Source: Antedon mediterranea
Lineage: Eukaryota > Animalia > Echinodermata
Direction of reading: 5' to 3'
NCBI RefSeq assembly: GCF_964355755.1
Contig: NC_092679.1
Span: 21,435,432-21,499,431, forward strand
DNA: 64,000 bases
Shown: positions 1-14,327 of the stretch, in pieces
Layout: every line of letters begins with the position of its first letter
How positions within the stretch are numbered: position 1 is the stretch's first letter
Notes under the pieces: generated by a model
Databases searched by the model: none
The model's input: only the letters and a program-made list of their open reading frames with translations
What the model was told of the DNA's origin: nothing
Made by a program: the position numbers and the translations under genes

Positions 1-1420
1 GATCATGACAACTTTACATTCGCAATGGAGCTTTATACAGACAGCAGTTATTCTACCCCATACCCGAGCTGGCAGTATCCAATCGAACTGGAGCTAGGAA
101 GTAAAGTGTTTGTTGGTGCGAGTGTGAAGACTTTTAGTAATGATATGGTTCTGTTTGTCGATTCTTGCAAAGCCACACCAAACCCCGACCCTGATGCTCA
201 GCCTAACTATGAATTAATTAAAAACAGGTAACTAGTCAGTATAGTGTGGTAGGCCTATTACTGATAATCTTTATAATAGTAAATAGGTTCTACCTGGTTA
301 TGGGTTCTATCTGGTTATAACTGGATCTATCTAATTATAACTGGTTCTACCTACTGTAGTTATTTCTAGCTGGTTATATCTGGTTTTAACTGGTTATAAC
401 TCGTTCAGCCTGTTTTTTTACGATTAATTGTTAAAAGCTTAACTCTCGGTGCTGTCTTGTGGTCTCAATTCCAGAAGAGGTATAATATGAAATATTTGTT
501 TTAGCATATTTAAGCGACATTTGTATTTCTTAACTAGATTAATTTTTCTTTCTTCTATGTAGTTGTGGTGTAGATTCTACAGTTAGTTTCGACGGAAAAT
601 CAACTTCTGGAGACTTTTCCCGGGCGTTCTTTTCGTTTGAAACTTTTGGCTTCAGCGGCGAATATTCAACGGTACGAAAATATTAAAGATTATACTGTTA
701 AATTATATACCAAGTACCATTTTAATAACATTTGTGTGATGTTTATGAAAAACAATTATTGAAATAGGGTGGATAGACCCGACTCTAATTGAAGCTAGGA
801 ATATACTTTTTAAAACTTACTATTTAAAATTGGTTTTTCTATAATTGTTTTCATTAAATACAGGTTTTCGTTCATTGTCAATTGTCCATCTGCAATGATA
901 GTGACTGGAGATGCTCCAGTAACTTCAACCAACGACAACGCCGTGACGTCAATCTACCCAATAAATTGTCTGACAGCATTTCGATCGAACTTGGACCTTT
1001 GGTGCTAAAAAGACCAGATGAAAACTCTGAAATTGTTCTTGATGCTCAAGGTATACAAAATATATATTCTGTCTGATTACTGTTTACCTGATTATGTTAT
1101 CAGACTATCACAGTATAAAATAACTCTATAGACGAGTTTCTAGAGTAAATGTGTATTGTCATTTAGAAAAGCTAGGTATTTGCATATTAATACAATCTTT
1201 ACTGTATCTTTTTTTGTGTTTTGTACAAGGAAATTAAAGCTAATTAAATGTTTGTACTTTTTCAGAGTCAACATCGAAGGGAAAAATTCCCGCTCTTCCA
1301 TCGACTTTGATGGTTCTCAGTTTGGTTGTCTTGGCAATAGGGTGTGTCACCTTTATAACAGGATTAAAGAAGCATAAGTATTCTTACCAGAAACTAGAAA
1401 ACTACATAGAGGAGATGTAA
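1..1420 (+). CDS. Gene A (5'-partial): ZP-module membrane protein, C-terminal four exons (ZP-C, furin site, TM, tail)
   Basis: Exons <1-227, 563-671, 864-1050, 1266-1420 with GT-AG boundaries. Encodes FVDSCKATPNPDP...SCGVD...VHCQLSIC...RQRR/DV, hydrophobic LMVLSLVVLAIGCVTFITGL and tail KKHKYSYQKLENYIEEM*. Near-identical to the 3' end of gene B. Confidence 0.9.
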
Positions 1421-2293
1421 ACGAAGACATGTTGTTTTGCTTTAATTTATGTTTAAATAACAAATTTTAAAAATTATAATAGATATTTGTTTTAGATTTA
1501 TAATTGTCCGTATGTGTTGCTAACAATTTTAGCATCGGAGTCAACTATAACAATAGCTAAAATAAAATTTTCTTTTTAAAACTTTCAAACACGTTCAATT
1601 TCGTCTTACATTGGTGTACTTTAAGTTATGTTATTTAAAGAATAAATAAAACTGATGTTAATTTGATTTTTATTTGTTTCTAGTTCTTTTTTTCTAAAGT
1701 AACGTTTGATTCGGAATCAGCGAATGTGTAACTGCCAGTCATACGATTTGACCCAATTTTTTTTAATCATTTTTTTATGTTTGAGACGCAATCGTTATTG
1801 CTATTAAATACTCTCTCGCTTTAACGTTGTTTCAAGATGTATATTGTAGTAGGTTTGCCGATAGGCGTATTTTATCTACAAGATATAAACTATAGAGGGA
1901 GCTATTTTAGCGCATGACGTGCATCGCATTTTTCCAAGCCAGCTCTCAAACAATAAAACGTGAATGGATACTATTGAAACTCCAAACTTAAGCTAACATT
2001 AGTATGAACAATTACCAAAGAATAACAATAACTTTAAATGAGGAAAATCACAGTAACTTACCAAATGTGAGCTTCTTTATGATAATGTTGATGATTGTTA
2101 GGCCAACACATGATGTTAGGCCTATATAGGTGTTACGCTTACATAAGACTGAATGGTGACTAAGAACGCAGGTAGTGAATCAGATCATTTAGGAATAAAC
2201 ACGCAATTCATTTGTTTCAGACGTGTGTTGTAACACAATATGCAAATGAGGATATAATTGAATAACTTAGAGTTATTCGAGTACAAATAAACT

Positions 2294-2445
2294 ACAGTAG
2301 AACCCTTTCTTTGAGACACCCCTAACGGGTGAGGGGGAATATATGTTTTAACATTACCGGCCAACCCCTATTCAGGAAAATCCCCCTTTAAAGCTATACT
2401 TTGTAGGGTACCGAAGGTGCTCCTCCTTAATACGGGTTCTCTATA
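2294..2445. mobile_element. Degenerate Tc1/mariner-type MITE
   Basis: TA-CAGTAGAACCC ... GGGTTCTCTA-TA imperfect terminal inverted repeats. Confidence 0.4.
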
Positions 2446-3417
2446 TTAATATTTGGAACTGCCTCACTTTGAATCCGCCTATATGAGACATGGTCCATAC
2501 CGTAAATACTCAAAGTAAAATTTCTATTTCCTAATCTCATGGTTCAAGAGAGCTTCCACTCTATAAACATTAAAGTACATAATTACCTTTAGTTTTAAAA
2601 GAGGAGAAAACTGAGAAAATATTCATGCATCACAATATAATTTCTGCGTAAGTTCGTAATGAACGTTGCCAAATGATTACTTTCCACTATGTGTTATTAG
2701 TTTCATTAATATAGGCCCTACAGTTATTGTAAATGCAAAAACATATTAAGATAGTATTTTAGCTTTAACGTATATTTCTATGCATTATAATGTAACACAT
2801 TCGGCATGATAGGCCTACAATAACTATCCTAATTATTTAATACTTTTTTTTATTATCAACGATTATATTTTAAAATATTTTATTGAACACTTACTAAACA
2901 ACAGTTTTCCCTATATATTTCAACCTATAATGTTTCGACAATGACATAAGTTTCTTTCGTGGTGTTTTCAAGGGTTTTTTCGAGTTTAGTATGGAGTATT
3001 GTGAAATTTAAAAAGGAATAGTTAACTAAAGCAAATAAACTGGTCGGCAACAGGATGCATGAAATTACTCGATATCTCTTTCAGACAGCTGCTAAACTGA
3101 GCTGAACTATCTTATTGATAATAATAAATTGTAATTGATAAATAATGTATGCGTATGTTTGAAAAAGGTCAATAATCGTACATCCAAAATGATATAATTT
3201 GATATCGTGAATAACCAATGTTTCACAACAAACAATAATGATTTCGTTTTCTATTTAGTAACGAAAAGTATTCCCGAGATTTTGAAAATCATCATCATCA
3301 TCAACAATATCATCGTCCCCCATATCATAATCAATTATAACCATCGTATAATTAGGAGCGCTGATATGAGTATGATTAGAAAATCTGAGGTGTAGGAAAA
3401 ACAAAATCATCTCCTTA

Positions 3418-3596
3418 AGCGTGGTTCCCACTAGCGACGCAACACAAGGACGTAACGCAACGCAAGTGAATTGACCAATCACAAGCGATGGCTTATTCGC
3501 TTGTGATTGCTAACTGTCTATAACTTCGCTTGTCATTGGTTAAAACGCTTGCGTTGCGTTTACGTCCTTGCATTACGTTCTAGTGGGAACCAAGCT
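3418..3596. mobile_element. PIF/Harbinger-type MITE (family 1)
   Basis: TIR AGCGTGGTTCCCACTAG / CTAGTGGGAACCAAGCT with TTA target duplication on both sides. Relatives at 28159-28365; partial copies at about 23050-23183 and 58400-58505. Confidence 0.8.
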
Positions 3597-3854
3597 TTAC
3601 CATCGCACCTGTATCATTGTCTGTCAGCGCCATTGTTATTTTCGCCATCCTCTTTCCTAAAAAAAATATTGGAAAAACGGTTCAGACAAAGCTACTTAAA
3701 AGACCGCGAATTTCAATGGGAAAAGTATATTTAAGGACCTTGAAATGATTTAATTTGGATACTAATATTATAGAAGATACGTTGGTATCTCCAAACCCCC
3801 CCCCCCCCACCCCACCCACTTGTTTCCCCGGGTCTGAATGATGTAATCGTGTAT

Positions 3855-4624
3855 ATATAAGAGGTTATGTTCACCGTTGTTTATTCTCTTTTATCTCTTA
3901 GATGTACAATAAACAGAGATGACGATGACAATAAAAACACAGATGTGACGTATTGACCAGACTGTAACCAATATCAACAGGCATATGTAGTCGATCGCGT
4001 GTGTCTATTTGTTTGTTAACAGGATTACTCAAAATGTATTTAGCAAAATAAAAATACAGATAGATATGTGGTCAAGGACCACTCCATTACATTTTGGAGG
4101 AAATCCGGACCACGGTCCCAATTCTGGACCACTTTTTAATATTATTTTCAGATCTGCAAGTGTTAAAAGATAAGGAGACAATTTTCAAAAGCCGGCAAAC
4201 AGTCTTAAAGTTATAAGTAAACTGAAACTGCATTTTCACGAGAACTACTTGTCCAAAAAACTTCATTTTTGTACAAGAGGCAAGAGTTATAATTTGTGAT
4301 TTGTAATTTTAAAACATAATTTGATTGAATGTACAGGATGTTTGATACGAGTAGTTTTAAAAAACCTATTTCTTTTCAAATTCACCAGTTTGTTTTTGGC
4401 GTTGCTGTTCTATTGTTAGTCAGCTGAAACTATTGTTGGATAACCATAACACCGAACTCGCATACACATGGTTGAAGTGAAAATAGCCTACCCACAGCAT
4501 TACGACACAAGAATAAAACAAAATATAGAGGTCCTATACACATTTTCTTTTCCGGAGAAATCTTATGTAGCGGAATTTTACAGTAGGCGAAAGTATGGAT
4601 TCTCGGAGTGACCTTTCTCTAGTT
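3855..4624 (+). mobile_element. Possible Helentron-associated non-autonomous element
   Basis: GAGGTTATGTT..., tgtttgttaacaggattactcaaa and a ...CTCGGAGTGACCTTTCTCTAGTT end resemble this class. Pattern recognition only. Confidence 0.3.
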
Positions 4625-4852
4625 AGTGCTTTCGATCTATTAGATCAACAAAAAAGAAAATTTTTATACTATATTTAAGGATGAATAACTTAACTTTTAA
4701 CGACCATATTTAGAGGAAATGTTCAGGTTTTTCCAACTTCATGTGAATTGTAACAGATGGGCAATATCATAGACATCATATCGCCATCATTTTGTCAATT
4801 TATTTAATATTATAATATTAATACACCTAATCTAACATTAGTTATTAGATTG

Positions 4853-4871
4853 AAAACAGGTTTTTGTTCCC
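4853..4871 (+). promoter_or_regulatory. Conserved upstream element AAAACAGGTTTTTGTTCCC of gene B (Grainyhead-like site), TATA-like box at about 4963
   Basis: The same 19-mer lies about 160-210 bp upstream of the ATG in B, C and D, in otherwise diverged sequence. Confidence 0.55.
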
Positions 4872-7145
4872 GTATAAGATAAAATAAAATGATTGACCAA
4901 TTATATCTTTCAGAAAAATATTATACAAAATCACTAATCCATCCTTATCTTACAAAAGACAGTATAAATTAAAGCTTATAGTTTTATTTTACATTCGTAA
5001 TTCCAAAGTATTTAACACTACCATCGAAATGAGAGTGGACATGTTTTACTGTGCGGTGCTTTGGCTCTGCTGTGCGTGCTACGCTACAGGTAAGATTCGC
5101 TGTGTTAATCTGAGGCTTATAATTTCAATTTGTGTGTATTTTTGTAACAGTTACACGTTATTACAAATTATTTTCGTATTGTGCCATGTATGTAATTTTG
5201 CATATTATTTGTTTATTAATTATTTCGACAATGTTACTCTATCTTATCCTTTTCATGACTTGAAATAAAAAAAATATCCATTGTCAATTGCTATTAACTA
5301 TTGACTAGAGGGTGAGCTCGCTTCCCCTCTAGCATTTCGTTTTAAAACCATCCATGATATCTCCCTAAAAGAGATGTATGGAACAATATCGTAATTGTGA
5401 GAACTAACGTCCATCAAATCTACGTTTCGCGGTACATCTAAGATAGATGAGGTAAGTATTCAAGGCGGAGATCTTTCCCGAGGTTTTTCCATTGCCTATG
5501 TCAGAATTAAGCATAATTTTTTATATAGATACAGAAACAAACAGTATATTGTTATAATTGTGAATGAGAAGTGAATGGTTTTTTTTTAACTATTAAAAAC
5601 CCTATATTTCGTTACATTCAAAAATTAAGAAACAATCAAATGCGTTTTAACCTGAAGCTAATAGATTCCACATCTTGAAAATAAAAGCGGTCCAAGAAAC
5701 TATTGTAAACTCATATAAACCTGTCAATTATTTTATTTTAGCGTATTGGACACCAATGTACACAACAGAAGGTATTATTTTAGTTACATTTTGTAACATC
5801 GTCATCATCGTCATCATTATCATTTTCCTATACTACTGTTGGTGAACATTGTTTAAACGTACATCGCTTTTTTTTAAAGCACGGTTATTATCGAGTAATA
5901 TTAGTTTACAATTTCCCATTTTCTCGTAACACTTGTTGCTTATAATCTCTAAGTAGACACTTGTTGTTATATATTTACCAGGCCTAATGTAAAATAAATA
6001 TCATAATTTTGATATTTATCTGTAATGGCTGGTTGGAATAGAGTCTTCACAAAGGTACACAACTATTTTATCTTATTGTTTTATTGTAGTTAACGCTGAT
6101 GCTGATATACAAACAAATTTCCAGTATGGCTTTGATGGATGGACTCAAGAATATGGTGATGATTTTGATTGGTCACTTCACTCTGGTTTTACGGGATCGA
6201 CGAACACTGGACCAGCAAACGGTCATTCTGGTTATGCATGTAAGTTAGAAGAACTACAATGTTTACATGGTGTCCATTAGTATTGTGGTACACCATGTGA
6301 TTAAGGGCCAAGTAAAAAGTGTTGACGTTTTGGCAAACATTACTTGATATTAGAATAACACAGTTTATTTGTTTACTTTTACACATAGCTGATTATTATG
6401 TTTATATTGAAACATCTCCAAGAATTAATGGAGATTCAGCTCGCCTAAGAAGTCCAAGGATACCAGAAAGGCAAGGTTTATCCTTATCATTTTACTATCA
6501 CATGTACGGCTCAACCATTGGAACACTCAACGTTTACAGAACATCAAACTGGGGTGACGAATTGCTATGGTCAAGAACTGGTAACAAAGGAAACTCGTGG
6601 CTTTACTCTGGTACACTACAATTCTCGCACAATGGTTATGGCGACAACTACATCGTATTCAAAGGCATTGCAGGAAGTTCATATACTGGTGATATTGCAA
6701 TTGATGATATTTACATTGGTGGTAAGTAAAAACATGTTAGTTTTAGTTTAGTTGTATATGATTATGATTATTAATGTAATGTATTTGAAGCTTTCAGTCC
6801 TCTCTTCAATAGTTTATAAAGCCAATTTTCCACTAGGTGAATTTGTTCTACTACACTTTCACTACAGTAGTTTAAAATGTTACTACTAGTGTTTTCACAA
6901 TGTTACTGCTGTACTCTAGTAACCATCTTGTTTATGCAAACAATACCAATTGGACTCTGTTTTGCTAGTGACCATAATATTACTTTTAATGAAACCAAAT
7001 CCAAATGCTTGCTATTTTGCCCGAAAGTCCGCAACCTCAAATGTACACTATTACTGTATCTTGAATAAAATACTCTTTTAGAACTCTACAATCAAATTAA
7101 TTTGTCATGAACTAGTCTCATTATTGTAGCTATACTGACATAATA

Positions 7146-7167
7146 CCTCCCCCCCCCCTCTCTCCCC

Positions 7168-7198
<31 letters not shown>

Positions 7199-7260
7199 CC
7201 TCTCTCCTCCTCTCCTCCTCTCTCTCTCCCCCCTCTCTCTCCCTCTCTCTATCTCTCTCT
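7146..7260. repeat. C/CT microsatellite
   Basis: Poly-C and (CT)n run. Confidence 0.9.
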
Positions 7261-8185
7261 TTATGTATGACGTTTTATAATATTTTTTTCGAATTTGTAT
7301 AACATAAATATTAAAGAATAACTATTAGATTTGATGACTCTTACAGGTGGTATACCATTCACTACAATGCCAAACTCTACAGATTATCCCATTACAGGTA
7401 TATCAACAGGTAAGGATATAACTCATTTATAATCTGACACATGTACGAAGGGACACAAAAAGCGCGTAACCCTTGCCGATAGTTAGCATTATGTCTCTCG
7501 TGCTGGTTTCATTGAAGTCGAGTAGGTGTCAATCCCAAAATGAAGGACCCAGTCTATTTGCATTTCTGTTTTGTCTTGTAATGTTATGAATATTTTCTCT
7601 GATATTGCCTTTTTCAGAATGGTCTGTGACAACACCAAACTATAACATGGAGACAAAAAGTGGTAAATTTAGCATAGTTAACGGGCTACGGGGCCCTGTG
7701 TGTTATGAAGAAAATCCTAAGCAAAAATGAATATTTTACGAATATGAAGTCATTCACTGATTGTTACAATGATAACACTGAAGGCCACAATGGCAACAGG
7801 AGTTACTTAATCGTCTAAATCTCACTTTATCACAAACCGTATCTACAATGGCGGATTCTTAATGATAACACAAGACGCACCTTTTATAGTATAATCTGAA
7901 AATAATGCATAATAATGTCATCGAAATCCGATCATGTCAATTATAAATGTTAAATAGTATAGTTTAGTATTATTACTATTAATATTTGTGTTATTATTTT
8001 ATTTGTATACCTACAATAAGTGGAGTTGTAACTTGGTGGTTATGATGCTTGGCTACCACTCCAAGGGTCCCGTCACATGTCAGGATTTTGTCTAAGGACA
8101 AAATTACAATTCAACTCCCAAAGACTTTAAATTGACCCATTTATAATACGCGAGATGTATAATAATGAACACATTCTCTTTCTAG

Positions 8186-8365
8186 GCCCTTCACAGGCAA
8201 ATGTGACCGAAACATTTCTCTGTGGAAATGAAACCCAAATTCAAAATGTGTAAAATACTGTAGTAAAATTGTAAACTATCTTGAAACAAAGAATAACTAT
8301 TAGTTTCGATCATGGCTCTTACAGATATATATAAATACCAACCACTACAGATTATCACAGTACAG
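8186..8365 (+). pseudogene. Intragenic duplication relics in gene B: truncated CUB exon (8186-8253) and dead linker exon (8325-8365)
   Basis: 8186-8240 copies the start of CUB exon 8946 and then reaches TAA at 8251-8253. 8325-8365 copies linker exon 7347 but is 41 nt long with a GA donor. Confidence 0.75.
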
Positions 8366-11300
8366 GAAAGGACTTAATACAATAACACACAAAACGCATG
8401 TGACGTTTTGTTGCTGATAAATAATGTAAAAGTAATAGTACTGGTCATTGGAGACAAGTTACTCTTAATTCCACATGTCCATCCTACAACCAAGGCGTCT
8501 ACGACCCAGTTGTTTTAACCGGTAAATGATTGAGTATATTCCCAATGTTCCATTTTAAAATTTCCGTAATGTATTTTTCTATTTGTTTTTACAGAATGGC
8601 CTGTAACATTACCTAACTATAACCAGGAGACAACCAGTGGTAATTTGTCATAGCTAAATGGCTACTGGGTCATACTACTGGTGTTATATTCAACTACTGG
8701 AGGGGTTGTCCACAATGATAGAGTCAGAGTAGGAAACGTACCTAATCTGTATCCGCCTTCCTTTATAACCTAGAAAAGAGTATATCCTCGAATTTCAATC
8801 AACTTGCTAATTTGCATTCATACCTACGCCCATCCCTCATGTGACAAATCAATTGCATATACATTACTTAAAAATTAAATAATTTAATCTACTTTGTAAG
8901 ATGTAAAGTACAATAATAAACAGATAACGATGATTCTCTTTTTAGCTCCTTCACAGTCAAATGTAACCGAAACATTTCTTTGTGGAAATGAAACCCAAAT
9001 CATAATATCGCCTGGATATCCAAACCAATATGGAAACAACCAGTACATCGAATGGACATTTACTACTCATGTTGGAAGTTTGCTCTCTGTTGAATTCTAC
9101 GATTTTGATCTTGAGCACAGCTACGATTATGTGACTATTTACAGTGACGGAGAAATGATTGGTAGATTCAGTGGTTCCAGTACGCCATCATTAACAATAT
9201 CTACAAACAACACAATTAAGATAGTCTTCACCACAGATGGTAGTGTGGTAGAGAAAGGATTTCAGGCTGAGGTGTATATATCTGAAGCCCCAGGTAGGTT
9301 ATTATTATTCATATTGGAGTTAAATGTGTATTATTTCATTTGCATTGACATGGCGTATGTCCGATTGGACACAGGACCGATGTTGTGTCAAGAACTGTCG
9401 TTTTTTACCCTTGCTCTCCAACTAATTCTGGTTGTTGGATTAATATCATAGATAATTTGAATCAAAATGGTAAAGTCGATCATATTTATGAAATGTTCCA
9501 AAAATCACTTCCTTGTTAAAGCATCCGATTATCGGTATGTATCTAGATTTATTTTCAGTATCATAGGAAAAGAAGAAAGAAAAGAGGTGTGCTTTGGGAA
9601 CTTTTAGACAGAAGCGAACGAATTTTGTGATATCGATAGAATAACGATGTAAAAATCATTGAATAAGGAATCGTTCCGAAGTAAATGTTAGAGTGTGTGT
9701 TTTTTTACCCTTTATCATCTGTAATATTTGTTTCAATTCTCAGATGGTTTTTGTTCTGATTTCAACGATGGCTATTCTGGTTGGACTGATTATTATGGTT
9801 ACGATCTATGGAGGAGATCCTCTGAACGATATGATGGTAACAACAACGATATAGGAAGCCGTTACTCGGGATCAGGTATAACATATTAATCAGATAAACC
9901 TCTCCTGTTTGGTTAGTCAAACAATAATAATATTTCTTCTGATTTTGTCAACAAATAGGTCTATCAGATAAATTAAAGATTAAATATTAATTAATGTCAT
10001 TAATTGTTATAAGATTAAGGGAATAGAGAAAATCAGAAACATCAATTTCCTTCACTGTCATTTGTTTTAATTTTCAGATGATTACTACATCTATATTGCA
10101 AACAGCTACGGTTACAGTGGATACCAATATGGCTATCTTAAAAGTCCATATCTACCAGACAGATGGGATGAAGCGTGTCTTAGATTCTATTACTATATGA
10201 GTGGACATTCCAGTCAATACATTGCTGTCAATGAGTATTCTAGTTTCGGAGGATATAGAAGGCTAACGATTTATGATGATTACAGTCAACGATGGAAGCC
10301 TGCCAATGTTACTATCAACACTGCCAATAACTACAATGCTTACTTCTTAATTATGGGCAGAATATATGGTACACAAATGGTTGCTGTTGACGATATCTAT
10401 ATTACCGAAGGCGCATGCTCAGATTATCCAGGTATGAGTCCCTATTTAGATTTAAGTATTAACTATGAAAGATATTTTGATTGAAAATCTTCTTAATTAA
10501 TTAATTAAAGTATGTAAATGGCTTTATAAAATGTTCTTTAATTTATTATTAATCTGTATTTCAATCAGTCTATTTGCATAAAACCGTCGTTTTTTTTCAA
10601 AAAGAACATGCTCACTATACATATAAAAAACATTTCTTGCCTATAGATGAACCTTCAGCTACAGATGTGGTTACTGAATGGGATAGAACAACAGGTAGGT
10701 TTTTCTTGATTGTAATGTTCAACGGATGTGATATACTGTATACTTAATCCAATTATTATGTTCGTATATTTCATTTATTATTATTATTACTCATCATTTG
10801 ATACTATTTCCAGATCAATCACCAAGTACAGCCTCGCCTACAACTCTACCAGAATGGATAGAAACTGGTGAGTTTAACCGAAGACTAATTAATTTAAAAT
10901 GATTTAATTCATACACTTATTTGATATAATTGAAACGTTTTTCTGGGAATCGGTACGGTACGTGTTGATATGGAATAAATTAAGAATTGGACTTATAAAT
11001 TATAAGTAATTTATTGTGGAGGTAAAAACAGCTTCTGAACTGAAAAAAAATCTGGCTAGACATGATCCTTAAGCTGGACGATAGGTAGTCAATGTCGTAA
11101 GTTATATTTTATTCTAATTTGTTACATATAATAATCAACTTTTACATTTCATCCAAATTTTTCTTTTCAGATGTTGTATGCAGTAATTCATACATGACAG
11201 TTTACCTTGATGCGGCTTCACTTGGAAGTAATAGTACCGCACACTTTATCGACCCGACGTGTGGCACGATGGGATACACGTATCGTAACGGCATGTATTG

Positions 11301-11877
11301 GCTGTATTTATATACTAGATACGATCAATGTCAAACAACAATAAAGGTAACAAACGATTGTTTATTATACTACATCTTGTTATCTCTTTCTCCATTTCTT
11401 ATTATTTCTTTTTAGTCGACATTGTCCTCAACAACTTATCAAAACCAAGTAATTGTTTCGAACGAAGGTGTTTCCAGGATTTACAGGAAAGACGACAGTC
11501 GCATAACCGTCGAGTGTGAACTAAAAAATACAGGTCACTCATCCGTTAGTTTTGACCCAGTTGGAATAGAAAAAGATTTCCTAAAACGCGAACATGACAA
11601 CTTTACATTCGCAATAGAGCTGTATACAGACAGCAGTTATTCTACCCCATACCCGAGATGGCAGTATCCAATCGAACTGGAGCTAGGAAGTAAAGTGTTT
11701 GTTGGTGCGAGTGTGAAGACTTTTAGTAATGATATGGTTCTGTTTGTCGATTCTTGCAAAGCCACACCAAACCCAGACCCTGATGCTCAGCCTAACTATG
11801 AATAAATTAAAAACAGGTAACTAGTCAGTATAGTGTGGTAGGCCTACTACTATACTGATAATCTTATATAGTAAATA

Positions 11878-12025
11878 GGTTCTACCTGGTTATGGGTTTA
11901 TCTGGTTATAACTGGTTCTACCTACTGTAGTTATTTCTACCTGGTTATAACTGGTTTTACCTGGTTATAACTGGTTTTACCTGGTTATAACTGGTTTTAC
12001 CTGGGTCTGCCTGGTTATAACTGTT
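11878..12025. repeat. 20-bp intronic minisatellite (CTGGTTATAACTGGTTTTAC); homologous array at about 285-405 in gene A
   Basis: Direct tandem copies are visible. Confidence 0.8.
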
Positions 12026-14327
12026 TAACTGTTTTTTACGATTAATTGTTAAAAGCTTAACTCTCGGTGTTGTGCAGTTGTGGTTTCAATTCTAGAAGAG
12101 GTATACTATAAAATGTTTGTTTTAGCATATTTATTAAGCATAATTTTGTATTTCTTAACTAGATTAATTGTCTTTTCTCTATGTAGTTGTAGTGTAGATT
12201 CGACAGTTAGTTTCGATGGAAAATCAACTTCTGGAGACTTTTCCCGGGCGTTCTTTTCATTTGAAACGTTTGGTTTCAGCGGCGAATACTCAACGGTACG
12301 AAAATTAAATTTTAAAAATCATATACCAAGTACCATTTTCAGAATATTAGCAATAATTGTACAATCTGGTGCGTAGATCCGATCCTGAAACTTAAATACG
12401 TTTAAAAACTTTTTCTCGTTAAAATTTAATACAGGTTTTCGTTCATTGTCAACTTTCCATCTGCAATGAGAGTGATTGGAGATGCTCCAGTAACTGTAAC
12501 CAACGACAACGCCGTGACGTCAATCTACCCAATAAATTGTCTGACAGCATTTCGATTGAACTTGGACCTTTGGTGCTAAAAAGACCAGACGAAAACTCTG
12601 AAATTGTTCTTGATGCTCAAGGTATACAAAATATATATTCTGTCCGATTATTATTTGTGTGATGTTATCAGACTGTTAGAGTAAATATAAAATAACTCTA
12701 TAGACGAGGCTTCTATGTTAACAAGTGTGTATTGACATTTAGAAAATCTAGGTGTACAGCATTTCCACAATAATACAATCTTTACTGTATCTTTTTTGTG
12801 TTTTGTACAACGCAATTAAAGCTAAAAAATAAACTGTTTGTTTTTCAGAGTCAAAATCGAACGGACAAATTCCCACTCTTCCATCGACTTTGATGGTTCT
12901 CAGTTTGGTTGTCTTGGCAATAGGGTGTGTCACCTTGTTTACAGGCTTAAAGAAGCATAAATATTCTTACCAGAATCTGGAAAACCACATGGAAGAGATG
13001 TGAACGAATAACTATTAGAGGTTTTTGTTGTTGGTTTAGTTTACGCTTAAATACTGTAACTACTAATTGTTAGAATAGTCTTTATCGTCTCAAAATAGAG
13101 CAGATCTTATGCTCTGCATAAACCACTTATAAAATTCCCTTCATATCTCTAAATATAGACTATTGTCAACTATTTAAGGTTGGATATGAAGGTTAAACAA
13201 AACAAAGTGTAGGTATATGGTATATAGTTGTTTCGTGATTGGGAAAGTGAATTAAGTACAATAGAGTTATTAATTCTCATTAGATATTTTCCTTTGTGTA
13301 ATTTTACTAATTGACGTCATTATTGTGACGTCATTTAAAGCAAATTGAAACATTGATTTTTTTCTTATAAATACTGTAGGATTATAAAATAGTCTTGTTA
13401 TTGAGGTTATTTTCTAATTTGGTGTAATAGGTATGTGCTTGAAATAAATAACATTAAGAAACTGGATGCTTTTTGTAATGTCTACTTATTTTGTTTGTCA
13501 CGTGCTATGGTGAGTCACGTGGTATTGTGGAATCAAACTTTAGAAAGTAAAAGTTAACAAATGAGCAGATGAGCAAGTTGTTCAATTACTTTGAAAAAAT
13601 ATCTAAATATTTATATGTTGGTTTAATCAGGGAAGAATTAACTCTTCCCTGGTTTAATCAGGGAAGAGTTCGATTAACAAACCTCACTCTTCCCTTGTTT
13701 AACGTATCTCTTTGGATATTGAACTGTGTTGAACAATACTGCTAATTAATACATTTACACAATAAAAACAATATGAGATAGTGCCATACTAGTTTATCGT
13801 AATTAGCTTGATTTCGCAAGAAACGTCATTAAACAATGCATGATGGGAAGGATTTGGGAGCAATAGTGCCACAATTAAAAAACTTTATATAATGGTGGTG
13901 GCGTTATTTCTCCAAATTCCTTCCCATCATAGTATTTGAGACAGCGCCATTTGGTTAAATTGATAACATCGATAGAAAATATTGTGCAATACAATAAAAC
14001 ACCTCATTGAAATTAATTTTGAACCGAGTTGAACTATCTTATCGATAACAATACTGATAATCAATAGATTATCATATTATAAAGAATGCATCCTGTGACA
14101 ATGTACGTCATTTGTTTTAATTGATAACATGGATAGAAATGTTGCGCAACAAAGTAACGCAATATTGTTTAAAGGTTTTTATAGCGAATACAAACTAGTA
14201 AGCTTGGGGTTTGCATCGTACACCTTGTGTTTCAAAAAGGAAAGTATGGTCAACCATACATTAATTCATTTTGGAAACATTTTGATGCAAGTCTACCGCA
14301 AACGTATTTACTATTAAAAAAATGTAA

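Larger units (their letters stand above)
5029..13003 (+). pseudogene. Gene B: SP-MAM-linker-CUB-MAM-linker-ZP-TM protein with one premature stop in ZP-C (pseudogene, null allele or base-call error)
   Basis: Exons 5029-5089 (MRVDMFYCAVLWLCCACYAT), 5742-5771, 6090-6239 and 6389-6721 (MAM1; FYYHMYG, GDIAIDDI), 7347-7409, 7618-7662, 8595-8639, 8946-9293 (CUB; SPGYPNQY, YDYV), 9744-9875 and 10078-10431 (MAM2), 10647-10694, 10814-10867, 11171-11346, 11416-11816, 12187-12295, 12435-12621, 12849-13003. Sum 2691 nt, in frame (896 aa if read through). TAA at 11803-11805 where gene A has TTA. Confidence 0.8.
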
